A stretch of DNA of 64,000 nucleotides from Cyanophora paradoxa CCMP329. Its lineage: Eukaryota > Plantae > Glaucophyta. Below the pieces are notes generated by a model. The model saw only the letters and a list, made by a program, of their open reading frames with translations. It was not told where the DNA came from and did no database searches. Positions 1 to 13,200 of this stretch are shown piece by piece. The position numbers were made by a program, and so were the translations under genes. Every line of letters starts with the position of its first letter. Position 1 is the stretch's first letter. The DNA is taken from contig QPMI01000468.1 of the NCBI GenBank assembly GCA_004431415.1, positions 85,641 to 149,640 of the forward strand, in the 5' to 3' direction.

Positions 1-149
1 TTGCATTAGCACACAACAACAACTACTAGGAGTTTCACATCGCCCAATTTATCAAGCTACCCAAGCTTGCCCTAAGCAACCCCTGTTAGCCTAATTATAT
101 AAGCTACCCAAGCTTTTGCCTAAGCTGGGCCCGGGCGCGCACTGCGCAG

Positions 150-753
150 GCGGCGCGGCACTTCACGCCGGTGAAGCGGATGCTCCGGACGATGGAGCTG
201 CACGCCTTCGCGCTGCGGGCGCTCGACCGCAAGAACCGCGGGCCCATGCGCGCCAACTGCCTCTACGAGCTCGGCTGCGCCTACCTCCTCGTCGGTGCTT
301 CCTCAAGCCAGCTTACGATTAGGCGCCTCGCTCACCCGTGACTGCAGGGAACAACGGGCGTGCGAAGAAGGCGCTGGAGGAGGCGCGGGCGTGCTACGCG
401 CGGAGCGTGCCGCTGCACTTCCCGCCGGAGAGCCCCCGCATGCAGTCCATCGCCCGCGCCATCGAGGAGGCGGAGGCGCGCGCCGCGGGGCGGCCCCCGC
501 GCGACTTCTTCGGCTTCGCCTCCCGCCGCGCCCCGCCGGGCGCCTTCGAATTCGCCCCCTCGAGCTCCGGCGAGGCCCCGCCCGCCTCCTCCTCCGCCGG
601 CGGCGGATACCGGTCGCCCTTCTCCGATGGCTCCCCGGTCCCTTCCACCCCTCCCGAGACGCCCCCCATGGGCCTCGGTAAGACGACCCCCTCGCCCCTT
701 TTCGCGCGCTCTCAGCGGCTGATCGCGCATCAGCTGCAGGGGCGCGCGCCTAG
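150..753 (+). CDS. 3' part of a TPR-like helical repeat protein (starts before window)
   Basis: Spliced exons read ...RANCLYELGCAYLLVG|NNGRAKKALEEARACYARS..., a TPR-like pattern. Last intron ends at 739, stop TAG at 751-753. Confidence 0.55.
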
Positions 754-2360
754 ATCGCGAGGCGTTCATTTCCGTGGGGCGCCCGGTCATTCTGTCGAAG
801 GTGTTTATCTGCGAATTCGAAGATCTAGCCTTCCAGAGTGCGTCAACGCCGCCCGTGCTGTAGAATATTTCCTGAAGGCTCCACGCCTCGCCTTCAATAA
901 TTTCAAGTAGCTTTCCATGCTTGAGCGCGGACGCTTTAGTAGCGGCCCCCGTGAGCCCGAGTCGATGCCCTTCAGCTTGCAATCTATCATAGTATCATGC
1001 GATCAGCTTGCGATTGCCAGTTAGTTTATAATTCCCTGTCCCCCGAGTTTTAGCCGTAGTTCAACGGTTATAGCTTATATAATTGAATGCTTGTGCGGGG
1101 CTTGCAAAGACGCGCCAGCGCGATCGTAGTCCTCTTACTCGAGCTCGGCTAGCGTTATCGATATCTTTAGTATACGTACTTTTACTAAGTTACGTACACG
1201 TTCGAATTCTGAGCTTCAGATATTGATAGCCTACACTATCGGTCATGATGCCATGAAGCATCTGCATATGTACATGTACCGTGCCGCAGCGCGCGGCGCT
1301 CAATTTTGAAAGACTCCAGATATATGAGAAAACACTGCACTTAAGCTCGCAATCAAAACACGGGGAGCCTCGGAGGTCGACGTCATATGCGCGCATGCAT
1401 GACACCACTGCGCGCACACCTCGGAAGCCGCCGAAAGCGCTAGCATGCGCAGGGCGCCATGATGGCCAGGGCTAGCGCTAGGGCGAGATCTAGAAGATAG
1501 CAATGTAGAGGAGGAGAGCGCGGCTGCTCCTGCGCATGCCGCCAAGCCGGCGCCGCGCGGCGCCGGCCAACGACCGGAGGCCCCGGCGGGAACGGATGCA
1601 TATACATGAATTCAAAGATCTAGATCAATATCTAGACGTCGACGCGGGCCCGGGAGGCCTTCGCGAGGGTGCGAGGGGGCCTCCGGGCCTAGGCCTGTAT
1701 CTGGCGCAGCCTCTAGATCTCGCCATGTGCACTCGCACCTGCGCGCGATCGGCAGAGTGAGCGGCCGCAGCGGGCTGCGGGCCGGGCCTGCGGCACGGCG
1801 GCTTGAGCCAGTGAGCTCGGATAACGAGATTTCGCTCCCCGTCAGCCGACGAGATGGGGAGCGTGATGTGGCAGCCCAGCCATCAAAGAGCGACGCTGCG
1901 CATTCTGCGACGGGCCGGGGTTGCAATTGCGATCGCCCTCCGGCGCGGCTGCGGAGCGAAGTGAGCGGCAGACTGTGGCATTGGAGGCTTCGAGATACCG
2001 CTCCGCGTCAGCCGAGGAGGCAGGGAGCGTGAGGTCGCAGAGCGTGAGGTATGCAGACAGGACGAGGCTGCGGCGCGAGGAGCGCAGCGGTGCTGCGCGG
2101 GCGCGGGCTGAGGCAGCGGCCAGTCAACCTGGTACGCTGTTTGGCGGTGACCCAGCGTGCAGCGAGCAGTGACCGATTCGAGTCTCATACCCCACGAGTC
2201 GTTCTGTACCCAGACACCGCACTTTTCGAAGGCCCTCTCCTCTTCTAGCTCTGTCCGGAATAGGATCGGTGCAGTAAGAGACAAGGAGTTGGAGTCGATA
2301 GCTCAATCGCTTGCGCCGGCTGGGCCGCTCGGTGGTTGAAGTCCGGAGCTCCCGCCAGCG

Positions 2361-3584
2361 ATGCTGCTCGACTGCGTTCAAAGCCAGTCGATCCAGTTCA
2401 AGAATCGGAAGCCATGGGGCCGTCTGGTGTCCTCGCAGGCACGCGCTCGCCCCCCCTGGCGGCAATACCCGCCATTGCCGAGCGCCGCATGCGTGCGCTC
2501 CTCGCTAATGGCTAGCTCGAGCAGGCGACGTCTTCCGCAGCTGATGGCCCCTCGTTCCTGCTCGTGGATCCCGACCGCGTCAGTGAGCTGGTCCCAGCTA
2601 GGACAGGGCAGGCGCAGACCTACAAGACGGTGAAGAGCCTGCCGAAGTACAGGCACAAGTTCACCAGTACATGCGCTTCTGCTGATGGTGCGTGCGGCCC
2701 CGCCGGGCCTCGGTGCAGCTGCAGGTGTGCGCCCGACCGCTTCCGCAGCCTCGTTCTTCGCGGGCGCGCTGGAGACGGGCGAGCTCCTGCTTTGGAATAG
2801 GAGGCAGGACAACGTCCGCGTCGTTCCGACGCCGTACGACGCTGGGTCGCAAGCCGAGGGCGGGCTCTCCGCGGAGCCGTCGGCCGGCCAGACCTTCTTC
2901 AGGCGCCCGTCCCCCTTCGCCAAGCGCCTGGCCGCCAACCTCGGTGCGCTTGATTGCGCGCGCGGCGGTATCGGACGAGATTTTAGGTGAAAGGGCAGTG
3001 GAGAGCACTAGGCGTGCCCGCGGAAGCAGGCGGTGTCCCCTCTAGCCGTCCCACTGCCCTTTCACCTAAAATCTCGTACGCTGACGCACGCGGCGACGCA
3101 GGAGCGCACCGCGTCGTGATCTCCGACGATGGGAAGGACGTGCTGCTGCTGGGCGCGGACAACCGCGTGTGGCTCTGGACCAAATCGCTCCTGGCCGGGG
3201 CTGGATCCGCGTCTGCTGCCGTCCCAGCAGCGGACAGCAGCGGGGCGCAGTGGGTCCAGATACCCGCCGACGAGCTCTGCCTGGGGGGTACGCAGTACGA
3301 GGGCTCCCAGGCCTCGGACGTACCCTCCTTCAGCGCGTGCTTCTTCCGGAACGGGGTACGCGAATCCCGGCCCCCTCCCGTCCTCTGCTCCGGCTCACTG
3401 TCGCCGGGCAGACTCTCGGGAGGTGCCTCGTCGCGTCGGCGGTGAGCATCTCGGAGGCGCGGCAGCAGCAGCCGGCGTACCCGGGGTCCAGCAGCGGCGG
3501 AGGGGTCGTATCCGGCCTCCTGGTCACCGTCCGCATGCTGGAGGTCACGTGCCGGACGCCGCAGGCGCAGGCGCAGACGCAGGC

Positions 3585-3617
<33 letters not shown>

Positions 3618-6600
3618 CGTGCGGACTCTGACGCGGCGGACGTATCTCCCGGGCTCTCTGGACGCCCCTTCCAGCCGGGCTCTGCCCGGGGGCCGCCTGC
3701 CGAGGCAGCCGAGCATCACGGGCATCGACGGCGACATGAGCGCCGCGCCGGACGCTGCGGTGCGTGCAGCTCTGAAGGCTGCAGATGAGGCACGATCAAG
3801 ATCCTGACGCCCCCGCCCCGGCCCCCTCCCACGCAGGCCGTCGTCAGCCAGTGGGACTGCGACGGGTCGACCCTGGCGGTGGTCGTCAACTCCAGCCCCA
3901 TGATCCCCCTCGTCTTTGTATCCCCCTTCCACGACTCGACCGTCGCCGTGCCCCTGTACCCCGTGCGGCCTGCTCCGCGTTGCTCTCTTTGTTCCTCTCT
4001 GATGCACCGCGGGCAGACTTTCGCCGGCTCTTCTCCCAACACCACTGGCGTCGACCGCTCGCTCTGGGTCTCCGACCTCTGCTGGTGCGTTCGGGAAATG
4101 AGGGGATGGGGGGTACCAGAACGCCCGGCCGCTGACGCGTACTTGCCAGGACCGCATCCGGCCTGTTCGTGACCGTCATCAATCACCGGGGTACGCGTGT
4201 TTCGAGCCCCTCCGGCAACAGGGCGCTGACGGTGCCTCTCGGCGCAGGATACGTCTCGGTCGTCAGCCGCGTCGGCACCGTCGCGCGCGTTCTGCTGAAC
4301 CCCTCCGAGGAGCCGGGCCCCTCGCCCGTCGTACCCCTGCAGAGCATCACCCGGGGCGTCTCGCGGAACACGTCGGCGAAGGTCTTCTCCATCTCCGCGC
4401 ACCCCAGCGAGCCGGTCGTGTATATGTGCGACGGGTACACTTGCACTCCGATCGAGCTCCCCGCCATCTCGTACTCGCTCGCGATCTCCTCGGTCCGCGA
4501 GAAGACCACCGTGACCGGTGCGCCGCGCCGTACCCCGCGTCGCGGACCGCGAAAGCCTGTTCTGTTCGGCTCGTAAATAACGCGCGCGCGCGCGCCAGAT
4601 ATGATGTGGATGCTGGGGCTGGGGTTCTTCATGGGAGTGGCGCACCCCGCCCCCTGGCGCGACGCCGACCTTCCTGCCGCCCTCCGCGCCAACGTGGACG
4701 GCCTCTGCGCCGCCCTGCAGGGCGTCTCCGCCCAGTCGGACAAGAGGTGCTGCCCGCCCGCCCCCCCGGCAGCTCAGCCGTCCCTACTAACGAGCCCCCA
4801 GGCAATCGCTGGGCATGGAGCCGGCGGCGCAGATGGAGGAGGAGCGCCGCGTCGGCGTGATCGTGGCGGTCTGCCTCAAAGCGCTCGAGCAGGCCGGCTG
4901 GCACCACCCGCACCAGCTCCTCCTCTACCCCCTCCTCTCCCTCCCGCGCGCCGCGATCCAGTGCCTGGTCCAGATGGGGCGCCACCGGGCCGCCGTGTAC
5001 GTCCTCTCGGCGCTGGAGAGCGCACTGAAGGAGCGGCTGCCGGCGCCCACCCTCGCGCCGGCCTACTCCCTCGAGTGCCTGCCAGCGGCGCTCGACGGGG
5101 GGCGGGGGGGCATGGAGGGCCTGCAGCCGCAGTACCCCCTCATCGCCGGCTGCCTGAAGCTCTTCGCCTGGTGGCGCGGCATCTGCGCCAAGTCCGAGGC
5201 CGACGCCGGTGCGAGCTTCACACATATATTTCCGCCGCGATTCCCGAGGGTCACCCCCGCGCAGCGGCGCCGGCGCAGCGGTCCTCGAGCAGCAGCGCGA
5301 TCGGGGGCGCGGTGCTGGCGTCCCAGGCGGCGGCGCTCGCCTCGGAGCTTGGCGCCCTCGTCGAGGCGCAGAACCCGCGGCTCGTCCCCGCGTCCCCTGC
5401 GAACGAAGGCAACGGGGGAGGAGGGGACCTGGGCGCGCTCCGGGCGGGCCACGTGGCGTTCATCTCGGGGCAGCGCCAGCGGGCGATCGGGCTCTTCCAG
5501 GCGGCGGGGCCCAGGGGGGCCTGCCCCCTCGTCTCCGCGTACCTGGCAACGTACCGCATGGCGGAGGCCCTTGCGTGGGCCGAGGAGCGCCTCGAAGCCG
5601 GTACCCCCCCACCCCCGTTGTTGTTTGATTTGATCTGACGCTCCCCTCGCGCCGCGCCGCGTCGTCAGACCCGGACCTCGCGAACCTGCAGCTGGGCGCG
5701 GGCGAGGGCGGGCCCTCGAAGTCCGGGCTGCAGCCGAGCCAGGTGCCCCGCCCCAAACAGTCCGAACAGATCCAATTATGCGTTCGCTCACTTTTTTTCC
5801 AGCTTTGCGTCCGAGCCGCCATCACGCTCCTCGGCACCACGATGGCCCAGGTGCCCGAATCGGATCAAATCTTTTCGGCGCAGCGCTTCTTCTTACTCTT
5901 TCGCCCCTGCAGTACTTCCGCTCCCCGACCGAGCCCATCGCGATCCCGGCGCCCTGGTCCGAGCGCCTCGCCTCAAACCTCATCGACGCGCCCTCGCACG
6001 GGCGGCCCTCCTCCGTGCGCCTGGACCCGGCGGAAGTGGAGCGGTCCGTGTCCGGCCTCGCCCACTGGAACGTCTATTCCTGCGCCCGCTTCCTGCTCCT
6101 CGAGTCCCGCGTCGACGAGGCGCTCGCCGTATGCCTGGCGGTGAGCGAGCGAGCAAGCGAGCGAGCGCCGCGCGGCCTAACGTCTGAGCGCAGACGAACA
6201 CGCCCGTCCTGACCGGCATCGGTGGGCGCCCCTCACAGCCTTTGCCGCTCGGCCTTCGCGCGCCTGACCCCCGCCCGCCCGCTTAGTTCGCGTGGCGGTG
6301 GACGCGGACGCGCGGCTCGGGAGCCCGCCCCACGCCTTTGCGAACCCCGCCGCCGCCTTCTCCGCGCGCCTCAGGGAGGAGCTCGAGGCGTGCGTCGCCG
6401 GCCGCGGCTTCGGGCGCGCCGTCGCCCTCCTCCAGACCCTCGACTCGTACGACGCCTCCAGCTCCTCCTCCAAAACGCTCCTGTCCACGCTGGGCGCCTC
6501 GCTGGGCCTTGGGGGCCCCCGGGATGCGTCCGGCGCCCCCTCGCTGGCGGCCTCCTGGGCCTCGCTTCCCCCCCCTTCGGGCCCCAGCACCGCCAGGGGG

Positions 6601-9600
6601 CCGGCCCCCTTGCCCTTCCCCCTCTCCGAGGCGCCGGCCGGCCTCGGCGCCGCGTTCCGCGCCGTGGCGCTGGAAGCGATCCTGCACGAGCTGAACGGCG
6701 CCCTGTGCGGCATCTCGCCCTCTGTCCCGCCCAGCTTCCACCTCCCCGCCCGCCCCGCCATCCTCCACGTCCCCCCCGAGGGCCTCGTGCCCCCCGCGCC
6801 CCCGGCCCAGCTCCCCCCGCTGGACCCGCATCAGAAGCCGCGCCCCGACGCACCGGAGACCCCCGACGAGGCCGAGATCCGGCGGGAGGCGCGCCCTACG
6901 CTCCAAAAATAGCTTGCTAGACGGCCGTCCCTCACTTCTTCCCTCAGGTGGGCGCCCTGATCCGGGCGGCCTTCGCGATGCTGGTTCCGTGCCTCGCGGA
7001 GCTGGTGGAGCGCGGGCGGGCGTCGATCGCGGCGCGGGGGACGCCCCCGCCGGCGGGCGGGCCGGCGGGGCACCTCTGGGCCCACTTCCGCACCCTCGTT
7101 CGGTACCTGTGGTTCATGAAGGTGCGGGGAGAGCTAAGAGCGTAGCCTTCTAAGGAATGAACACAGTTCATATGGCATGGCTATCGCATATGTGGCTGAC
7201 CCTGACTGACTGACTGACTGACGCTGATTCGCGAAGGTGCGGGACAGCCTGACGGCGACGCTGCGGCGGCGGGCGATCCGGGACGGCGCCCCGGGGCCCA
7301 AGGCGACGCCCGAGGAGGCGGCGGAGGAGGAGGAGGAGGAGGAGGCGGGGGCCGGGTCGGCGGCCGCGTCGACGGCGGGCATCAGGAGGCAGCGGGCGGT
7401 GGCGGCGGCGCGCTGGGGCTGCCGCCTCCTCGCCTTCAGCGACCTGGTCCCGGCCGCGACGCTCCAGGACGTGTCCCTCTCGCTGCTGGCCGAGCTGGCG
7501 CCGGGGCCCGAGGCCGTCGGGCTCCTCGCCGCCCACTTCCCCGACGACGGCGACCTCGTCGCGGGGCTCAAGCCCAAGTACGCCCGAATCGTGGCCCGCC
7601 TCGAGGCGGACCGCGCCGTCGACCTCGAGTGCGCGTCTCTGTCTGTCTGTCTGTCTGTCTGCTGCTTTTCTTCTTAGGCCGTCCGTAGGCCGCTGCGGAG
7701 AGCGCGCGCGAGCATCGGCGTCCGCGAGAGCACCGAGTCGGGTGAGCGTTCGCCCGGGCTGCGCCTCTTCTTCAGCCGTCGTCGCTCACTCGGCGGCGGG
7801 TGCAGTGCGGTTCAGGCGACAGGTGGTGCAGAGGGGCTACTCCGGGGCCTTCGCCCGGCCGGGTGCGCGGTTCAGCGGTCCCTTCGCCATCCTTCCTTCC
7901 TTCTCATCGACTCTGAGCGCTCGCGCCGGGCAGCGGACGTCTCGCGGGAGTACCAGCGCGACGACGTGGCGTGGGCGTTCGAGACCAACGGGGACCCCGT
8001 GCGCCCCCCGCCCGCCCGCCCGCCAGCCCGGGGCTCGCGCGCCGCGCCGGTCGCCAGTGCTGAAAGCCCGGCCGCCTCAGGAGTACGCCCAGTTCTTCGG
8101 TACCGTCGCCCGCTTTGCGTCCGAGGTACTCGTACCCCTCGGCCGGCTCGCGCGCTCAGATCTGAACCGGATCCGATTCGGCTGGCAGGTCCTGCAAGCT
8201 AGCCCCGTCAAGATCGCACCCCCGCCGCCCCAGCAGCAGACCCGCTCGGCGTCCATGGCCGGCTTCGGAAAGCCACCGCCGCACCCGTCGCGCCTGGCGA
8301 CCTCTTCGCCGCTGCTGCGCATCAGCGCGAGCGACGACGAGGGCCGCCCGCTCCCGAGGAACGAGGCGGCGCACCAGCAAAAGGCGGGCGAGGGAGGGCC
8401 CTCGGAGGAGGGGCGGCCGACGCTGCTCGGCAAGATCTTCGACTTCTTCTCGGGCGCCAAGTCCGAAGGGGAGGTGGGCGACGACGACGACGACCGGGCG
8501 GCGGCGACGGCCGCGGCCGGCGCGCTGGCCCGCCCCACCCACGAGCAGCAGCTGCACCTCCAGCAGCACCAGCAGCCGGCGCCGGTCTCGCCCGGGCCGG
8601 GCGCGGGCGCCCACGCGCGGCACGAGTTTATCCTCTCGGACGACGACCACAGGGACCAGCACCACCGCGCGGCCCCCGCCCCAGCTCCCGCCCCCTCCCC
8701 CGCCCCCGCCCCCGCCCCGCCCGCCCGCGAGCGGAGCCCGGCCCGCATATCCCTCGATGCGAGCCCCGGCCGCGCGAGCCCTGCCTCGGGGGAGGAAGGG
8801 GAGTGGCGGCCGCAGCGGGCGCCGCTGAGCGCGCCGCCGACGCTGCCGCGCTTCCTCGCGCGCTCCATGGGCGACTCGCCCTCGCGCCGGGGCTCCATGT
8901 CGGACGCCGAAGTCCAGTCTCGGCGGGGGCCGGCCCCCTGGCCCATGCCCGAGCAGGCGCAGGCGCAGGCGCCCAGCCCGGGGAGGCCGGTGCGTTGCCC
9001 CCTCCGACGCCTACGCCTACGCCTACGCATAAGCCTTCTGTGATGGCAGGGGGCCGCCGCCGCCGCCGGGGGGCCGAGCGGCGAGGCCAGGGCCTCTGCG
9101 TTCCGGGATGGCGGCGGCATAGGCGGGGGCGTCTCGATGCGGGCCATCCAGCCCCCAGAGCCCAGGAGGGCGACCGGTGCGCGCCCCCTCCCACCCCCTT
9201 TCGCTCCCAGCAGCTACCTGAGCGGGGTCCGGCAGTTGCCGGCTCGACGTCGGATTCGGGCGTCCCAGCGCAGGGCGCGCCCGGCGCGTCGGCCGCGGAC
9301 AAGAAGCGCGAGCTGCAGCGCCTGGCCTCTATGCTCCGCGAGAAGAAGTCGCAGCTCGAGCGGCAGCGGGTGCGCGCGCCGGCCTGACCCCTTGAGCTCG
9401 AGCTCTGCGACGCCGCCGCTGGTCACTCACTCACGCTCGCCTCTCCTTCCTTTCTCTCTTTCAAATGCAGTCCGGCCCGGAGCGATCCGTCGCCCCGCCA
9501 GGTGTGTGTGGCCCGAGCGGCCCCGCCGGCCGCCCCCTCCCGCCTCCTAAGCTTTCGAATCATGAGCTTCTGAGCTTTTTGACCGAGCTCGCCCCCGCCT

Positions 9601-10257
9601 CCTCAGCCGCCCGCTACATCGCCAGCGTCCGCAAGGTCCGACGCGGCCGCCCCGGGGCCCTCGTCCCCGCCCTCGCCCTCGCCCTCACCCTTAGCCTCAG
9701 GAAGCGGAGCCGGAGCTCGACGACGCGGTGGGGTCCCTGCGGCTGCTGGGCGAGAGCGGGGGCGGGGGGCCGGGGCCCGGGCAGGAGGCGGCCCAGGAGC
9801 CCAGCAACGAGGCCGTGCGCCAGCTGCTGGGCCTGAGCCCGTCCTCCTCGTCGGCCGCCGGGGCGCAGGCTGCCGGCGGCGGCGGCTTCCAGACCGGTGC
9901 GCGCCATCTGAGCCTTCTGATCCGCCTGAGCCGTCTGAGCCGCCTGATCTGAGCCCGGGCTTGCGCCCGCAGACTCGGGCTCCGAGGGCTCGGCGAGGTT
10001 CTCGCGGCGCAGCCTCGAGGACCGCATACATTCCCTGAGGCGCGCGATCCAAGACACGCACCTGGACTCGCAGGCGGCGCTGTACCCAAACGGTGCCGCG
10101 CTTTTGCCCTCACGCGAGCCTTGGGCGATGCCGGCGGCGGCTGCATGCTGATTGTGGTCGGCCTCTTCGCAGTGAGGGCCCCCTCAGCTTGACACCGTCT
10201 CAAGCTGAGGGGGACGACAACAGCGCGTCGGAAGGTGCGCCTCGCGCCTCGCGCCTC

Positions 10258-10294
<37 letters not shown>

Positions 10295-13200
10295 AGGGGG
10301 GGGGGGGGGGGGGGGGAATGAGCTCCGTCGTCGTTGACTCTGGTACCTTGCTCAGGTGACCCGCCGACGCCGAGGCTGCTGAGACCGAGGGCGGTCCTGG
10401 CCGAGCGGGCGGAGGGGCACCATCCGCAGCCTCCCGTCATGGGCGCCCCGGGGCTCCAGATCCGAGGCCCGCGGGACGCGCCCGTGACGCTCCTGCGGCC
10501 GGCGAGGGACGCGCCCGAGGCGCGGCCGGCGGCGCTGGCGCCGGTCCAGGTCCCGCAGCTCCAGGCGCAGCTGCAGTGGGACCCGGCGGTCGACCGGCCT
10601 GCACTGCTCCGGTCCGACGCTCCGCTCGGCGGCGCCGGCGGCGCCGGCGGTGGGAGGCCGGCGCAGGTGCCGGCCGCCGAGCTCGTGCGGGCGATGCAGC
10701 AGGCCGCCGCCGCGGCGCCGCCGAGCATGCTGCGGCCCTCGGCGGCGAACCTGCCGCCCGCCCCTTTCTCCGACTTCGCACTGGACCCGAGGCGCCTCGC
10801 TGACGCCTCCGAAGAGGAGGAGGTCGAGGCGGGGGTCGTCCCTCCCTCCGCTGCCGCCCAGCACGCGGCAGCGGCGGCGGCGGCGGAGGCGGGGGCCAAG
10901 CCCGCGCGGGCGGCCCCAGCGCCGCCGCAAGCGCGCCTCCAGGAGCGCGCTGACGGCGCTGGCGAGGAGCCACCTGCTGCTGCCCGCCGCCTCCGAGGCC
11001 ACGCCGGCCCCACGCCCAAGCAGCAGCCGCGGGAGAGGCCGGCCGGCGAGCCGCGCCCGACGGACGAGCCGCCGCCGCGGCTGCAGACCCCCAGCGTCTC
11101 ACCGCTGCCTTCGAGGCGGAGGCGCCCCGGCGCCGGCGCCGGTGGGCGAGGCCCCGCGCCCGCCGGCGTCCCCGGCGGCCCGCGGCGCGCCCGAGCAAGA
11201 GGAGGACGAGCGGGCCGCCGAGGATCGCCACAGTCATCGGCAGCAGCAGCAGCAGCAAGAAGAAAGTGAAGAAGAAGAGGGGGAGGGGCGTTTCCGAGGG
11301 GCGCACGCGCCGGGGGGCGTGGACCTCGCGGGGCACCTCTCGGACCTGAAGGGCCTCCAGCGGGAGCAGATCCGCCTCCTCCAGCTCCAGCTCGAGCTCG
11401 CCGCGGGGCGCGCGGCGGCCCCGGCCCCGGCGTCGGCGTCGGCGCCGGCCGCTCCGCCGGCCCCGCGCGAGCCGGCGCCTCGGGAGGAGGCGGGGGGCAA
11501 GAAGCAGCGGCAGCACCCGGCCCCCATCGCCGCCGTCCTCGGTGCGTGCGGCCGCCCCGCTCCTCCGCTCACCGCCGCGCCGCTCCTCCCTTTCCCCCGC
11601 CCGCGGCTGTCGCCCGCTGAAGGCGCTGGCTCTTGATAGCCTGCTCGACCGCCACACCTAAGCCGCCTTAGGCTATCTCTCCTCCCTCCCCTCCGCCTCC
11701 GCCTCCGCCTCCCCGGCCGTCGCCCTCTGAGAGCAGGCATTCGGTTCGGCCGCAGACGCGGCCCGCGAGCGCTGGAAGCGGATCGCGAGGGACGGCGAGC
11801 GGGGGCCCCCGGAGGAGGAGCCGGAGCCGGAGGGTCCGGCGAGCGATGCGCGGGAGTGCGAGCCGCCGCTTCTCCTCCTCCCGCTGGAGGAGCTGGTCCA
11901 GCAGCAGCACCAGCCCCAGCCCGCGGCGGAACCGCCGCCGCCCCCGCCTCCGCCGCCTCCGGGCGCCGGCGCCGCATTCCTCCAGCTGCGCGACCTGCAC
12001 CTCGCCGGCGGTGCGGAGGGGGAAGAGGTCGGCGCCGTGGCCTCCGCGCCCCTCGACGCCGCCGCGGCGCTGGCGGTGCCCCCGGCGCTGGCCGCCATGC
12101 CCCTACAGCACTTCCCCGTGCGCTCGTTCGCCCCTTCCTTGTTTGAGCGGCCGCCCGCTGATCACCGAAGATCAGGAAGCAAGAACGCAAGGGGGCGACG
12201 GCCGGTTCTCCTTGGAGGAGGGGGCCGCGTTCCCCCCGCCGGAGCAGCTGCTGCCGCTCCGGCAGCAGGCGGCCTACCTCGACGTCGAGCAGCGGTGCGC
12301 CCCGGGCTTTCCCCCCGCCTTGAGCTTAATCTTTTCTTGAGCTCTCAAGCTTTTCATGAGCCTTGACGATTTTCGTGAGCTTTCAAGCATTTCTTAGGCT
12401 TTGAGCTTTTCTTAAGCTTTCATGCTTAAGCTCGAGCCATCCGCCTCGAGTTGTAGCTTACGGCGGGTGCGCTCGCCGGGGCGCGGGCGCAGGTTCGAGA
12501 CGTGGCGGGTGCACCAGCGGCTGCAGCGGCAGCAGGACGACAAGCAGTCGGTCGTCAGGGCGCTCGCCGGTGCGCCCGCCGCCCCGTTTCGCGCACATCT
12601 GGCGGCCTGCAGCAGTATTCTGCGATCTGCGAGTTATGCACCCTGCGTCTCCTTCTCTTCTTAGGCCTTTTTCTTATCAAACCCCTCGCCTCTGCGCCCC
12701 CTCCTTCTCTTCTGAGCCGCCCCCCCCCCCCCCCCCCCCCCCCCCTCCCTCAGACATGGACGCGCGGCTGCGGGAGATCGAGCGCATGTCCGACGCCGTC
12801 GACGGCTCCCTCGCCGAGATGCGCTCCCGCCCGACGGGCCCAGCATTCCTCCTGGAGCCGGCCGGGGCCAAGAAGAAGGGCGAGGGGGCAGAGCTGGCCC
12901 CGGTTCGCTGATCCCTTTCTTCTCCCTTACTTTCCTCCATGTGACAGGGGCACAGGCGGCCGCGGCGGAGGCGTGCGATGAGAAGGTGCGGGCCGCGCGG
13001 GAGCTGCTCCAGCAGGTCGAGCAGGAGGTCGAGGCGAAGCAGCAGCAGCAGAGGAGGCGGCCGAGGGCGCGCGCGGGGGCCCTGAGGGCCAGCCGCGACT
13101 CGGCCCCGCGAGCCTCGGCAGAGGGGCAGGGCCAGGGGCGGCAGCAGAGGGGGCGGTCGCCCGCCGAAAAAGACCCGGAGGCCCGCGCGCGCAGCAGCGG

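Noticed and set aside
1883-2284. Minus-strand ORF divergent from CPLANE1
   Set aside because: Some intron-like signals, but no convincing start or recognisable product.
3586-3615. (CAG)10 polyglutamine in CPLANE1
   Set aside because: Ordinary coding microsatellite; similar tracts occur elsewhere in the window.
10295-10318. Long G/C homopolymers (also ~12720, ~55105, ~63040) as functional G-quadruplexes
   Set aside because: Intronic simple repeats with unreliable length; no further support.
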